DNA of 63,588 bases, the filler included, from Reticulomyxa filosa (lineage: Eukaryota; Protista; Foraminifera): assembly GCA_000512085.1 (NCBI GenBank). It is 16 parts of 16 records of this genome, joined end to end, with 100 filler letters (N's around TTAATTAATTAA, not from the genome) between each part and the next. Parts side by side here need not be neighbours in the genome. Positions count along the whole stretch, not along the records: positions 6,625 to 14,014 come from ASPP01005229.1; positions 14,115 to 16,500 come from ASPP01003552.1; positions 16,601 to 18,275 come from ASPP01025836.1; positions 18,376 to 19,375 come from ASPP01049710.1; positions 19,476 to 22,746 come from ASPP01023569.1; positions 22,847 to 24,205 come from ASPP01002700.1; 10 more parts are not named here. The stretch is one strand, 5' to 3'. Shown in pieces: positions 10,980-24,205 of this stretch. The stretch's first letter is position 1, and each line of letters begins with the position of its first letter. Below the pieces are notes generated by a model. The model searched no databases. It was not told where the DNA came from and was given only the letters and a program-made list of their open reading frames with translations. The position numbers were made by a program, and so were the translations under genes.

Positions 10980-13900
10980 CTAAACAGGTGGAAGTTCGGT
11001 GGCTCTAAGTTCGGGCGGCAAGTCAATATTGGAGAGATTGAAAATGCTTCCAAACTTTTTGTTGTAGTCATAGTAATGTTGCAATCGATCCGGAGGGACA
11101 CTGGCTCTGACATTGCGCAAGGACTGTTCAAAGTGTTTCATGGAGATATCCGGGACTTCATCTTCGGAGCTGAAGTTGACGATGTTGGCTCCCAAGTCTC
11201 GAATGGGTCCCATGGCGGCGTCCTTGCACAAGTTTTTGATGTCACTGCAGCTGTAGCGATCGGTTTTTTTGGCGACGAGGAGGAACTCTTCCTGCGTCAA
11301 GCTGTTCTTTTGATGTTGCATGAGATTGCGTAGCAAGCCATAGCGTGCGTCAAAGTCGGGTTGCGGGACTAGAATGCGTTTGCTGAAGCGTCGTAGTACG
11401 GCGTCGTCCAATTCCTCAGGCAAATTGGTTGCGCCAATGATGAGCACTTGCTTTTCTTGGTTGGATTGGGTGGACGCGCCAACGCCATCGAATTGGACGA
11501 GGAACTCGGTTTTTATACGTCGCGAGGACTCTGCTTCGGACTTGCCACCTCGCGCAGTCAGCAGCGAGTCGATTTCGTCGATGAAGATGATGGACGGCGC
11601 CTTTTCTCGAGCCATTCGAAACAATGTCCGCATCAAACGTTCCGCCTCTCCGATAAACTTGCTGGTTATCGAGGATGCGCTTATACTGAAGAAGGTGCAC
11701 TTGCAAGAGGACGCCACACATTTCGCGATCATTGTTTTGCCATTGCCAGGAGGACCAAATAATAATATGCCTTAATATACATGTATATATATATATATAA
11801 ATATAAATATATATGTATATATGTATATATACATATATACATATATACATATATACATATATACATATATACATATATACATATATACATATATACATGT
11901 ATATACATCATATATACATATTGTATATATAAAATCAAAAACTACTAACCCATGCCAGGCTCTCGTAGACCTGTAAACAATTGCGGCTTTAACGCGGGAA
12001 GAATGACGGTTTCGTACAGGGCCAGTTTGACGCTGTTCAATCCCAGAACGTCGGCGAATGAGATGTTAGGCGACTCGGCGATGATGTCTTCTTCCAGCCT
12101 CGCTTCGAAGGCGGCATCGGGGTTGTCATCCGAGTTTTTGTGGGGTTTTTTTTGGAGGGTTCGTTGTTGGCCTCACCAGCATTGATATTGGAATTTGCAT
12201 TAGCACTAGTAGCGTTGCTAGTTCCTTTGGAAGCAGAAGCAGAAGTAGAAGTAGAAGTAGAAGTAGAAGTAGAAGCAGAAACAGAAGACTCTTCTTTTTT
12301 CGATCATCCTCGGGAGTAATCGTGGCAAACGTCGATTGCGTACGACGATGATGATGGGGTTGGGGTATGTGATTGGAGACACTTCCCGTGCGACCTGCAC
12401 GACGCTGTTGCAAGACAGTCTTTTTGGACAAGCGCAATACTTTGACGCGGAAATCGCTGAGCTTGTTGAAATAAGTCTTTTTCAAGGAATGGTCTTCGGG
12501 CAGCTCGTCGTACGCACTTTCCAGCAATTTCACGCCCTTTTGATAATTGGCTAGGGCGGCGGAGAAGTCGTTGTTGAGCTCGCTCTCGCTGGCCGATTTA
12601 AACCACGTGGCCCCAGGCAACTCGTGCTCGACGGCTAGCACAGACGAGGACATGTCTTCCAGGTCTTTGAAGTCGACCGTGAATGATGTGATCGACGACG
12701 AGTGCGTCAAGCTGTCGGACCGACTGAGCGTCGGCATCTCCACCTCATTGGTCTGCGAAGGCGATAATGCGAGCGACGACGCCGTGTTGGACTTGACGAG
12801 ATATTTATTGGACGCGATGGAGTTGGTGAGCATGGCGTTGTTCGTTCCTGTTTTTTTCGATGCCTTCATTTGAGCTATGGTCATTACACTCACGCTTTTT
12901 TCATGTCGCGATGGGGCATTGGTATTCATATTCATATTCATATTCATATTTACATTCGTATTGGTGTTCATATTGCCATTGGAATTGATGTTTGGAGTTA
13001 TGCCCGTGCCTTTGCGTATATGAGTTTGTGTCATGGATCGTTTTACCGCTTTCATTGATGACACATGTTTTCCTTTCTTTTTATCTTTATCTTTATCTTT
13101 TTCCTTTTCCTTTTCCTTTTCCTTGAGCTTGTTCGCTCTTTCCAACTTTGCCTTCTCTTCTTTTTGCTTAGCCTCTTCCTCTCTCAGCTTCTTGACTCTC
13201 TCAAAAGGATTCGTAGTCCACTCGTTGAGTCTCTTGAGTCGCAGCACGACGGGGAACTCTTCGCACGCGTGGAGACGGTCCATGACCTCGTCGTAGCTCT
13301 TGGACTCAATGTTCTTGCGATTGATTTCGAGAATGACACAGTTAGACTTGAGTCCGCACTCCTCGGCGACGCTGTTGGATTTGACACGGTCGATGACTAC
13401 GTAGTTGCGCTTGTCGCTGTCGGGGACCACCACGAATCCAAAAGGCTTGCGATCCAAGCTGATCTCATATTCGTGCTCGTCGCGACACTTATCGCAAACG
13501 CGCTGCGATTTCTTCCGGTCGTATCCGATTTCTCGACGACGCGTCTTGCTGTGTGCACTGCATAGCTTGCGTCCGCATCGTCGACACCAGTGTTTCTTCG
13601 TCGATGTTTTCTGACATATGTCACACACGTAGACTTCTCCGTGCTCGAAATCCTCATCGACTCCAACTTCTGTTTCCATTTCTGTCTCTGTCTCCGCCTC
13701 CGCTTCTGTTTCTGCCTCCATGTCATTGTCTCCTAACACCTCCACCTCCGTCTCCATTTCCGCATCTCCATCCGCACCCACGTCCACATCATCGTTATCA
13801 TTGTCGCGATATGCAAAGGCCTCGTCCGCATATGCGTATGTGTCGGCATACGTATACGACGATTGTCGCGCATCCGTCTCTTCGCCATCATCTTGGTCCG

Positions 13901-14014
13901 TTTTGAACTTGTCCGAAGCAAAGCTGTCCTCCGGCATCCCTACGCCAACGCTCTTACGACGTTTATTTTCTGTCGTTCCAACACTACCACCTGTTCTTGT
14001 TGTTGTTGTTGTTG
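10980..14014 (-). CDS. Spastin-like microtubule-severing AAA ATPase with N-terminal FYVE-like, PDZ and MIT domains (5' truncated)
   Basis: [77 protein letters not shown] and a Vps4_C-like end. Intron 11771-11949. Two single-base homopolymer frameshifts near 12295 and 12150. Confidence 0.9.
11771..11949. repeat. Intronic (TA)n and (CATATATA)n microsatellite
   Basis: Tandem 8-mer CATATATA inside the spastin intron; similar TA/TACA repeats fill many introns in the window. Confidence 0.9.
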
Positions 14015-14114
14015 NNNNNNNNNNNNNNNNNNNNNNNNNNNNNNNNNNNNNNNNNNNNTTAATTAATTAANNNNNNNNNNNNNNNNNNNNNNNNNNNNNN
14101 NNNNNNNNNNNNNN

Positions 14115-16500
14115 CGAGTGTGGTAACTCGAACAATAGAAAAGAAATGATTTGCCATCAACGTAGGCAATTGTTGAATTGGCACATTGCCAAAGATGGCA
14201 TCGAAACTTGATCTACCGGCGTCAACGAATAAGTGAAACTCGGTTGTCACGAAAATTGCTTTAGATGTTGTAGTGTGTCGATAAAGTTAGCGTCGACATT
14301 GGGAACTCGTATAAAAACTGATTGCGTGCGTATGCACATTCACAACTTTGATTTCTCGATTACGAATATGCCGATAGTAAGAATCTTTGCGACAAATACG
14401 CCCAAGAATGAAAAATAAAATAAGAATATTACTCCATCACTATTTGGATTGCCAATAGAAACGTTGAATGTACTGAAAATATCTGCGCAAAGTAGAAACC
14501 ATATTTGCATGGTGGTGTCGCAACGATGACAGAGAAGTGGAACGCAATTAAGAAATTAGTGTGGAAGTTGTTAAAAAAGGCCCGTACATGGCGATCGAGA
14601 AAACCACTAATTGGTAGAACATTTTATGTGATTTGGTTCAATTTGCTGGAGGAACTGTGCGAAACTCCGTCAATATATTGTCAACCAAGAAGAAAAAGAT
14701 TAGAAGGATGAGAATGATGATGAATAAAAGAAAGAGACCTCAAAATCATATCACGTTGGAAAAAACAAAAAAAACAACTAGTCTACCAGTTTGGTATGTA
14801 CTGGCTCTTCTCATGCATGCAAGTAGCACTTTGAGTGTTTCCATAGAGCGCGCCGATCAAAAGACAATGAACAAATGTGTGCGTGGAAATGTTCATAAGC
14901 GGTAACCCAAACCATTTGAACGAAGTTGGTCGTCATCAGCGTAAGCTTATACAAGTCTATGTGCGGATAATTATTGACTTGCACCAGTGCCAAAGATACC
15001 ATGGAACTGCGATTTACCGGCTCCAACAAACAAGGTTGTTATAAAAATCGTGCTAACTACCCGTGTCAAAACTGGTGATGTGAGTTTGCATATTCTGAAT
15101 CGTGGGTGTGTGCTACTGATTGGATGAATGATGGGCTTGCGAATGACATTGAGCATTGATAGTCGGTGAAGGGAGAAAGAGAAAGATAGAGAGAGCTAGT
15201 TGCATTTTCTAACTCCATCACTGTAAGAGTCGTTTGTTTGAAAGTCTCCGGAATCGCTTATGCACTACAGAGAAGAGAAAGATGAGGGAGATGATAATAA
15301 AGAAGAAAAAAAAGCAAATTCCAAGGCCATATCATCGTTGGATTTATTTTAAAAAGAAAAAAGAAGATAGTTACCGCTGTTATTTTAGTTATGGCTCTTT
15401 ACACACACACACAAGTAGCCACTTTGCGCTTTTTTTAAACATGTATCAATTTCACATAGTGCGTCCTCAATGGAGGCTACATGATGAACGTGACAATATC
15501 AAACATAGTGCCAGCCATGCTGATGACGACAACGACCACGAAATGCAGTCCATGTTTTCCTCTATTCATTGTCAATTACTCAAAATACATTGGACTGATG
15601 TTATGTGTGCCAATATTGGATGCAGCTGTTGTTGACGTGCGTGGAAGAAAACTGATATTGTTGTGCTCTTACTCAAAGAAATTGGCACTGTGGAATGGAG
15701 CGAATTTTATGAGCGCAAAAAAAAAAAAAAAAAAAAAAGAAACTGGTCGTATACATGCGCACATCCGCAATTTTGGAGTTTGGATCGTGCATATGTCGAT
15801 AGAAGCAGCGAACACTCCCAAGAATGAAAAAAAAAAAAAATAAGAAGAACGCTAGTTAGATCGCCAATTGAAACGTTAGCTAAATTGGAAATACTCACGC
15901 AGAACGTGTCTCTCATTACAAGAGCAATGATTTCTTCAAGTACAACATCCATCAGCTCTCATGGATAAAGATGTCCATAGTTCAATCTGGACAATCGAGA
16001 TCTTGGCATCTAAACGACGAAAGCAAACTTACCAAGAAGAAAAAAAAAAGAAAAAGTGAAAGGCGAGGAGTTGTTAAAAAATATCCACTCATTACGATCG
16101 CCACATCGGGGGAATCGTTCCACGTTAGAGTGGTTCAATTCCATGGAGGAGTTGCGCGAAACTCTGTCAACACACAGGCAAGCAAGAAGAAAAGATGATT
16201 AGTAGAAGGATGATGGAGATAAGAAAGAAAATACTTAAATCATATCACGTTGGATCTTAAAAAAAAAAAAAAACTAGTTTGCCGATGGAAGGAATGGTGA
16301 TCTCGCGCGTGACATAAGTACTGATGATCAAATAAAAGATAGTTGCATTTTCTGACTCCATCACTGTAAGAGTCTCGTGCCTTGCGTTTTCGGCAAAAGA
16401 TAATCGGTAGTCTCTGGAATCGAATATGGACTACGAACAACGTGTGTTGGTGTGAAATAATTACTTTGTACGAGTTGCATTTTCCAGAAAAAAAGAAGTA
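14115..16500 (+). repeat. Degenerate tandem duplication of a decayed coding unit (about 3 copies)
   Basis: Recurring words: AATCATATCACGTTGGA (~14743, ~16238), CTCCATCACTGTAAGAGTC (~15213, ~16356), CCCAAGAATGAAAA (~14401, ~15816), CGAAACTCyGTCAA (~14660, ~16157). No long open frame. Confidence 0.75.
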
Positions 16501-16600
16501 NNNNNNNNNNNNNNNNNNNNNNNNNNNNNNNNNNNNNNNNNNNNTTAATTAATTAANNNNNNNNNNNNNNNNNNNNNNNNNNNNNNNNNNNNNNNNNNNN

Positions 16601-17013
16601 AAAAAAACTAGTTGTGTATTTTCATTTATTGATATTTTGTTTGTGTAGTTAACTTGATTATTGTATGTAACATCTGCAATCTTGATATCCAACACTTCGG
16701 TTCCATTTCGAACTTGAATTTTCAATAATGACAAGTCCACAGTATTTAATGTAATAAAATCACTATCCTCTTTTACCAATAGATCAATTTCTACACGTCC
16801 AAAAAATCGAAAATGTTTGATTAAATCGGGAGTGATTGAAAGGAAATAATGAGTAGGGATTACATTTTTTGGTAAAACCTCTTTTTCTTTCTGCTTTCAC
16901 CACACATACAAAAAAAGGCATTCATCTTTTCTTCAAATTCCCACAAATAACATACATAGATTCGAGAGAAAATATAGAAACACTGGCTTTACCTTCTCTG
17001 GTTTTTGAGACAT
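16601..17013 (-). CDS. M1 aminopeptidase (APN/puromycin-sensitive type), N-terminal fragment
   Basis: MSQKPEK, intron, then VLPKNVIPTHYFLSITPDLIKHFRFFGRVEIDLLVKEDSDFITLN, matching the M1 N-terminal LPxxVxPxHYxLxxxPD..FxGxVxI motif. Truncated by linker. Confidence 0.75.
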
Positions 17014-18375
17014 ATCACAGAATATTATAGAAATTTTTTAAAGTTCTAAAAAAACAAGCCCCATAACAACAATAAAATCAGATCAAAATAAACAAATATC
17101 ATTGAAATCACAAAAATTTACATTTAAATAAAAACAATATAGCTCTACTATTGATATTAAGATTTCGTTTGAAGTTTGAAGTCTCCTTTTTCTCATTTAA
17201 TTAACTTATTTCTCTTTTACTGATAAGTTGTTCATAGAGGACTATTTTCATATTACACTTGTGCAAGTTAAAGTGACAGTTGGTATCCCCATGTTATTCA
17301 ATAGAACGAAATTATTCTTCAGGTTAAGATATGCAAGCTATTGTTTTATATCTGCATATACAACGATGTCAATAACAAGATATATTCATATATTTGTAAT
17401 TTCCCAAAATGATAATTTACTTCCATTCGAAGTTACATAAGCCTATATTATTTACAATACATTTGTATGCTTCAAAAATGTTTTTATTCTCAGAACTTCA
17501 TATCACGTAGATATTCTTTTGTAAAAAATGACAAATATATTATGCCAAGATGGCTTTATTGTATTTATTTGTTTTTCAATATTTTTTTTAATTGAATTGA
17601 TTTTGTTTTTTTTTTCGATGCACAAGACATTATAACATAACTTTCAAACTTTTCTTGAAAAAAATTACGAAGCAGTTTAATAATATTCACAATTAAAAAT
17701 GAATTCAAATATGGAAGTGAAATAAATATATAGTACATAAATATAATATTTTTAAAAAATATTTGCAGAAAGTGATTATAGAGTACAAACAATCGTTGTG
17801 TATGAATTAAAAATGTTAATTTGAAAAAAATTATTAAAACTATTGAAGAATATAAGTATATTTGCAACATAAAATTCATTGAATTGTTTGAACAATTTGC
17901 ATTAACTTGCAATGCAGATTTCATCAGTATTTTCACTATTGATATTCCATTGAATAATTGAATATCTTATGCTCTGAATGAAATAAAAAATCGTTTGCAA
18001 ATACTATTGCAGAACTAGCAATATTCCTGCACAATGCGTATTACATAAATGAAATCACAGAATTATCTCCTTAATTATCTTTATAAGACACAATAAAATT
18101 ATATGAATCAATAAAAATAATAATAAAGTCAAAGAAACAAACATATACAAAGATAAAATGAAAAATTAGTTTTAAATCAAAAATAAATCATTTATTAGTC
18201 TATTGTGTAGTGAGACAATTTAAAATCAAATTAAGTTTATTCGTGGACCAGATATTGCACTAGACAGTAGAACTTNNNNNNNNNNNNNNNNNNNNNNNNN
18301 NNNNNNNNNNNNNNNNNNNTTAATTAATTAANNNNNNNNNNNNNNNNNNNNNNNNNNNNNNNNNNNNNNNNNNNN

Positions 18376-19375
18376 TCTTCTTCTTCTTCTTCTTCATCAT
18401 CCTCATTGACCATTTCTGGATAGTTTTTTCTTATAAAATCGTCCTCACGTTTCTGCTTGCGCTTTCGTTCTTCTTTTTGTATGTTCTTCTTTTTGATTTT
18501 GATCGAAGACTCACGCTCTGCCCTTGCTTCTGCAGCTTTTTGTCTCTCTCCTTCTTCTTTTTGTTTGCTCACATTGGTCGACGCACGATCGATACGCTGT
18601 CGCGCCAATTCTTTCTCTTGCTCCAATTCTTTACGCTTGCGCTCCTCTTCCTCTGCACGCTTTTGTTCTTCCAATTTTCGGGCTTCTTCTCTTGCGCGCT
18701 CTTCTGCTTGTATGCGCTGACGTTCTTTTTCCATTCTGTCTTCGGCTTCTTTTCTTGCTTGTTCACGCAAGCGCTCTTCTTCGGCTCGACGAGCATTTTC
18801 CGCCAATTCTTTTTTGCGTGCTTCTTCCATACGTATTCTCTCCTCCTCTTTGCGTTTTCTGGTTTCGATAACTTTTTGTTCCAACCAGCTCTTCAATAGT
18901 CTTCGTTCGTTCCAGCGTCGATACGAGATCCAAATCATCTTTGTCGCTTTCTTGACTTTAACAATGTGTTTGCGATATCTGGAACATTCGTATGTTCCTC
19001 GGAAAAATGATTGAACGACCAGTGCGCTTTGGTTGCGTTTGCGTTCCAAAATTTGTTCTCGGGCCATTCGCAAATGGCGACATAAGCTGAAAGCCAACAA
19101 TGAGGATATACGTCCAACATGTTCCCATCGTTTTGCTGCGCGAGCCAATCGCACACGGTGACGAAGCTCCAAAAATGCTTTGCACGTACCCACCAATTGT
19201 TTAATTCTCTTTTGGACCACCCATTTGGTGATTTTTACGTTTTGTTCCGGTGAAAGTGGACGTCCGGCTTGGGCCATGATTGTTTCTAATACTGCTGCTT
19301 TGGCGGGTTTGAAGAAGATCTTTGTCAATCCCAATTCGTAGTCGTCTTCGCTGACGTCGAATGCGATCAACAAGG
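18376..19375 (-). CDS. Myosin heavy chain fragment: end of motor, IQ-like motifs, ER/K-rich helical tail
   Basis: YELGLTKIFFK (converter GxTKIFF), VVQSFFRG IQ motif, then about 130 aa of E/R/K-rich helix. Both ends truncated. Confidence 0.85.
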
Positions 19376-19475
19376 NNNNNNNNNNNNNNNNNNNNNNNNN
19401 NNNNNNNNNNNNNNNNNNNTTAATTAATTAANNNNNNNNNNNNNNNNNNNNNNNNNNNNNNNNNNNNNNNNNNNN

Positions 19476-20908
19476 GAAGAGGAAGAGGAAGAGGAAGAAG
19501 AAGAGCCAGCGGAAACAACAGAAGAAGCAGAAGACACAGATAATTTCGTGGCCTTTTTGGGGTTGCGATGGATCTCCTGATTGGAGTGGTCAAATTTGAA
19601 TTTTTCCATTTTCCGAGTGACTCCAAAATCACAGATCTTGGCGACAAAGCGCGATTCTTGGAGTCTTCGTAGGAGACGTAGTCGTAGTTGACCACGACAT
19701 TGGCGGTTTTCAAGTCTCGGTGAATAAAGCCATGTTGATGCAAGAAATGCATCCCTGCAGCAATGTCTTTTAAAAACAGCAGACGTTGTCGGATCTCTCG
19801 CAATTGGGGAATGGTATCTTTGTGGATGTTTTGGACAAGATTTGCTGCAAGTCCCCGTACACGCAGTATTCGTAGACCAAATAAAACCCTTCCAAAGTCA
19901 GGGATGCACCAATGAATTTGACAATGTTTGGGTGCGACAATGAACTGCTCAAAATCGACTCACGGAATATCAACGTCAAGTCGATCCAACCCATTTCATC
20001 ACGTTTGTCCAATCGGAGCAAACACTTGATAGCGACGTCTTGCTTCCGATATCTCCCACGATACACTTTGCTCGTCGACCCTTTCCCTATTGTCGTGTTG
20101 TCCGGTCCTTTCAGCTCCGTCACTTCGCTATACGCGTCCGTTTGGTCTGTCTTGTATGACGTATCACTACCAATTGAGCCAGACCGACTTATATATATGT
20201 ATATATGTATGTATATTGTGATGTATATGTATATGTATGTACATGCATTTTGCAGTGATGTATTGAACGAAACAACTCCTTGTTACGTATACAAACAGAC
20301 AAAAAAAAACACAAAAAAACACACAACATAATACAAACGCATACAACAATGGCAATAAATGAAAAATTACAAACACTCAAACCGAGTTCTTTTTTTGGAA
20401 GATGAACTATTCCTACGTGGATCCTGTAAATGCGGCCATATGTATTCCGGCTCACTACCCGAAGAAAGACCAAAGTCATAAATTTTGATTTTGGAAAAGG
20501 GAATGACGGGGACGTAGCCAGATACAATTTGTTGAAATTTTCGAAAACGTGTGTATTTGTCATTTGATGAATCTATTCATACACACATATGTACATATAA
20601 ATATATATATATGTATATATATGTATATATATATGTATATGTACATATAAGTGTATATTTACAAAGAAAAATAATAAGTTACCAAAGGTCGGAAGTCTGA
20701 ATAAATGCATTCCAGCTAAAGTTTCTTGGGTCGAACCTAAGATAGGCTCGCTGGCGCTGAACCACCAGAAGTCACTGTCGGCCTTCACAGTCCAAAAAAA
20801 AGTGAAAGGATAGAATATAAACCATACACATCGGCCAATCATTCCAATGCACGAAGCGTCATAACCTTTGGCCAAGTAAGTATCTTTTGTGTCGTATATG
20901 TGTAGAGA

Positions 20909-20944
<36 letters not shown>

Positions 20945-21866
20945 GTGCAATATTCATAGGCCTATGGCATATGCGTTGGTGCAGAAAGCACAAAAAAGTA
21001 CCCTCTGCAATTTGAAACGACTGTATGAAAAAAACGACAAGCAGGTATTTGAAAATGATATTTTTGCGTGACCAAGAGTATGAACATTGTCGAATCCACA
21101 AATATAAGCCAAATAACACTGCAGAGCCATCGGACACTAAATGAAAGCAAGTGGCCATTGTTGTCGTTCTGCATAAGTTTCCCAGCAAACGCACGGACAA
21201 ACAAAACGTAGCATATACAATGCTATAGATTACTGCACGCCAAAAGGCTATGCATATTTAATTATATATGTACAACATTTCATTATAAATAATATATACA
21301 CATATATTTATTTATTTTTTTTTTTTTTTTGCTTATTTTTCCATTTACAAATATATTAATATTTGTAATTTTCAAAAAAAAAAAAAAAAAAAATCAAATC
21401 ATGATTCGCATCCATAGTTCATACCTCGGTTTGAAATTGTATTTTTGGCAAATAAACACATCATGAACACCATCTGTGTTGGCGGAATTGTGGTTATTAT
21501 GCCATCAAAAGTGGCCAGAGTGATATCAATGCGCTCATGCAACCAAAGCAATATGAACAGAGCATTTATTGCTCCACATAGTAATACCATGAACAAATAC
21601 AGGCGAATTACCTTTCCATAAATGTGAAGATATGTTGCATTTGCAAGATCTGCTTTCCCTGCGATCATGTATTTTTCACGTTTATGTAGCCAAAAATATA
21701 GCCCACAGCACACTATTATCGATATTGCTGAGAACACGACACCTTGTAAGCCATAACCTTTTCGATTATTATCAAACACATCCAAGGAATACAGTGTTCC
21801 GCAAATTGCAACTGGAAGATTATCACAGTGATTAAGCATTTTGCCTTGTTTGTCTGGAGGGTACAA
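19476..21866 (-). CDS. Seven-TM receptor-like domain fused to a TKL-type protein kinase (3' truncated)
   Basis: Seven hydrophobic segments over three exons ending FFWTVKADSDFW, then GKGSTSKVY, VAIK, HPNIVKFIG, DIAAGMHFLH, HRDLKTAN. One homopolymer frameshift near 19828. Start uncertain. Confidence 0.78.
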
Positions 21867-23559
21867 ACAACGAGAACTGGAAAAAAACTTTGACGTTTCT
21901 AAACAATAAATTACTCTTTTTCTAGTGAAACACGTAATATTATTTTTTTCAGAGCCAGAAAAAGATCTTTGTTGATGTTAATGTTTTCACAACATTTGAA
22001 TTCGACTGACGATTATTAATTACTTATTATTCAATGAAATATATTTATTTTAAAGCCGTCAAACTAAAAAAGTAAATTTGAATTGAAAAGTTTATAAAAG
22101 ATCACTTCTAAAGCAATGAAACACAAGTTAGCATTCAATGGGTTTGTTACTTTTTTGTTTTTTATTCATGTTGAGTATATTTTGTGCAAAATGACAACGT
22201 TGAAAGTCGACATGAACTTGGGAATTCCTTTTTTCCAACATCATATATTAAAACACATTTTTTGAATTTCAAGATCTTTTCGTGTTGTGCAGTTTACTAA
22301 TCGAGTCAGCAGAACTCAAAGATTTGTATTAGTAATAAATTTTGCTGTTAGTCAATGAAAAAAGTGGCGCAATTGCGGACAAAAAGTTCAATACAGTTAA
22401 ACAATAAAAACTTTGTTAAAGAAAAAAATTATTTGAAAAATAATTAATGCGATTGTACAAATATAGACAAACTTAATTTTACAATTTTGCAAAGATTGTA
22501 TATATTTTTAATGATTAAGTTATACATAAACTAAATGAGATATGCAGTTTAGTACGTATAACAGAATGGCTGAAGTCAATGATGTTGTATATGTAAGTGA
22601 TAAGTTTGAAACAGAATGTAAAAAAATATTGTAAAGTCTTAATAAAGTAAATGACAAAGAAAATACAGTCAGTTAAAAAAGTAAAAATATATTTAACAAG
22701 CTGGTAAACTTAAATTAAATTTTAAAAAACAAATATTATCATAATCNNNNNNNNNNNNNNNNNNNNNNNNNNNNNNNNNNNNNNNNNNNNTTAATTAATT
22801 AANNNNNNNNNNNNNNNNNNNNNNNNNNNNNNNNNNNNNNNNNNNNGACTCACTACAGCGCCAATAGCAACATAAACAGCAACAACTTGCCAATCTGCAA
22901 TCCAAAATGCATGTAACGTACGTCCATTTCCATTTGCATACATTTCAATATCTATTCAAAAATTTCAAACAACACATACGACACAAGTCTAAATAAATAA
23001 TCAATATACGTATAAAGATATTATGTACACAAAAAAAAACTTTTTCAAGCAATGGACCCAAGCATGATTATAGAATCAGGTAGCAGAAAAGAGGACAGGC
23101 GCACAAATGACCAACTAAATAACAACAATTCATTGAGTTCTTGTGTCAAATGCGCTCTTTGATTTCAATGATACTTCTTCCACAAATATTTCGTTATTTT
23201 GCACGATTGAATGGACTTGAAGGAAGTTTGCATCATTGAAAAGCTCGTCCCCTAGAGCTACCATTTTGAGTGATGGTCTTGTCAATATCAAACCCTTCCA
23301 CTTTTTGAATCCGAGTAATTCGTTCGACAACGTCTTTGTGAGTGAGCGAGAACGTGAGAAGGGGTATAATATAATGGACTGCTGACACTGATGTTGCCCA
23401 CGTATCCATCCAACACATTGAAGAGATTCATTGCCTTGTTTTGCCAAATGACGGAGTGATCTTTGAATCGTCAATCCAATTGTCGACTAGCACGACGTTG
23501 TTTTTGTGACAAATGACGCAACCAACATTAGCTCTTCAACGCACACGAAATCAAATTTG

Positions 23560-24205
23560 CTCGAATACAGCAACGATATCCAAACATTGGCGCACACAAC
23601 ACCAGTCAAATGTCTCGAAATAATTGACCAATAAATAAAAGAACATGGACTGCGTCGTCACCACAATTGTCATAACAGCCAAGCAGCTTCCATTGGGGAA
23701 GGGGGCGTACTATGTGAAGCTAGTATATATTTGAGGATTCGCAAAGTCGCCACTCGTGGGTGTAGAGAGCCATTCCATAACCAAAGTAAAGTCGACAGGC
23801 AAATTTTTCTTTTTTTCCTCCTCCTCCATTATCTTCTTCTTCTTATTCTTTGTCTTCCAATCCAGTCGCTGCTGTTGTCGCGACACAGTAATATCAATGA
23901 AGTGAAAAAGTGCAACTAGCTCTCTCTCTCTATCTCTTCACCAAGTAATAAATACACAATGTAACTTGCGAGCTCGCAATTCATCCCATCAACACACACA
24001 TGGCTCAAAATCCAAAGTTGCGCACGTGCGCACGCGCACACAATGAAAAACAGTTTTGACACGAACGACCAATCCACACGTTTCGATTGTTGTTCCGCGT
24101 CATAAACTTGGAGCCACCTTTCTAATGCTTCGGATTGCCACTTGCTCGCGTTCAGCAGCTACTATTGAGTTCAATCATGCCTTTATAATATCGGATGAAA
24201 ATTCG
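23560..24205 (-). repeat. Dispersed copy of the 14115-16500 repeat family
   Basis: Reverse complement aligns by eye to about 15060-15630, with shared CGTGTCAAAACTG, GAGAGAGCTAGTTGCA, ATGGCTCT, TTCACATAGT and GCAGTCCATGTT...GTCAATTA...GCCAAT in the same order. Confidence 0.75.

Noticed and set aside
12126-12310. Poly-Leu 'transmembrane' stretch and apparent programmed frameshifts (also ~19828, ~30784, ~60680, ~62680, ~63190)
   Set aside because: Each is fixed by changing a homopolymer length, typical of sequencing error. The corrected frame here is a Ser/Thr linker.
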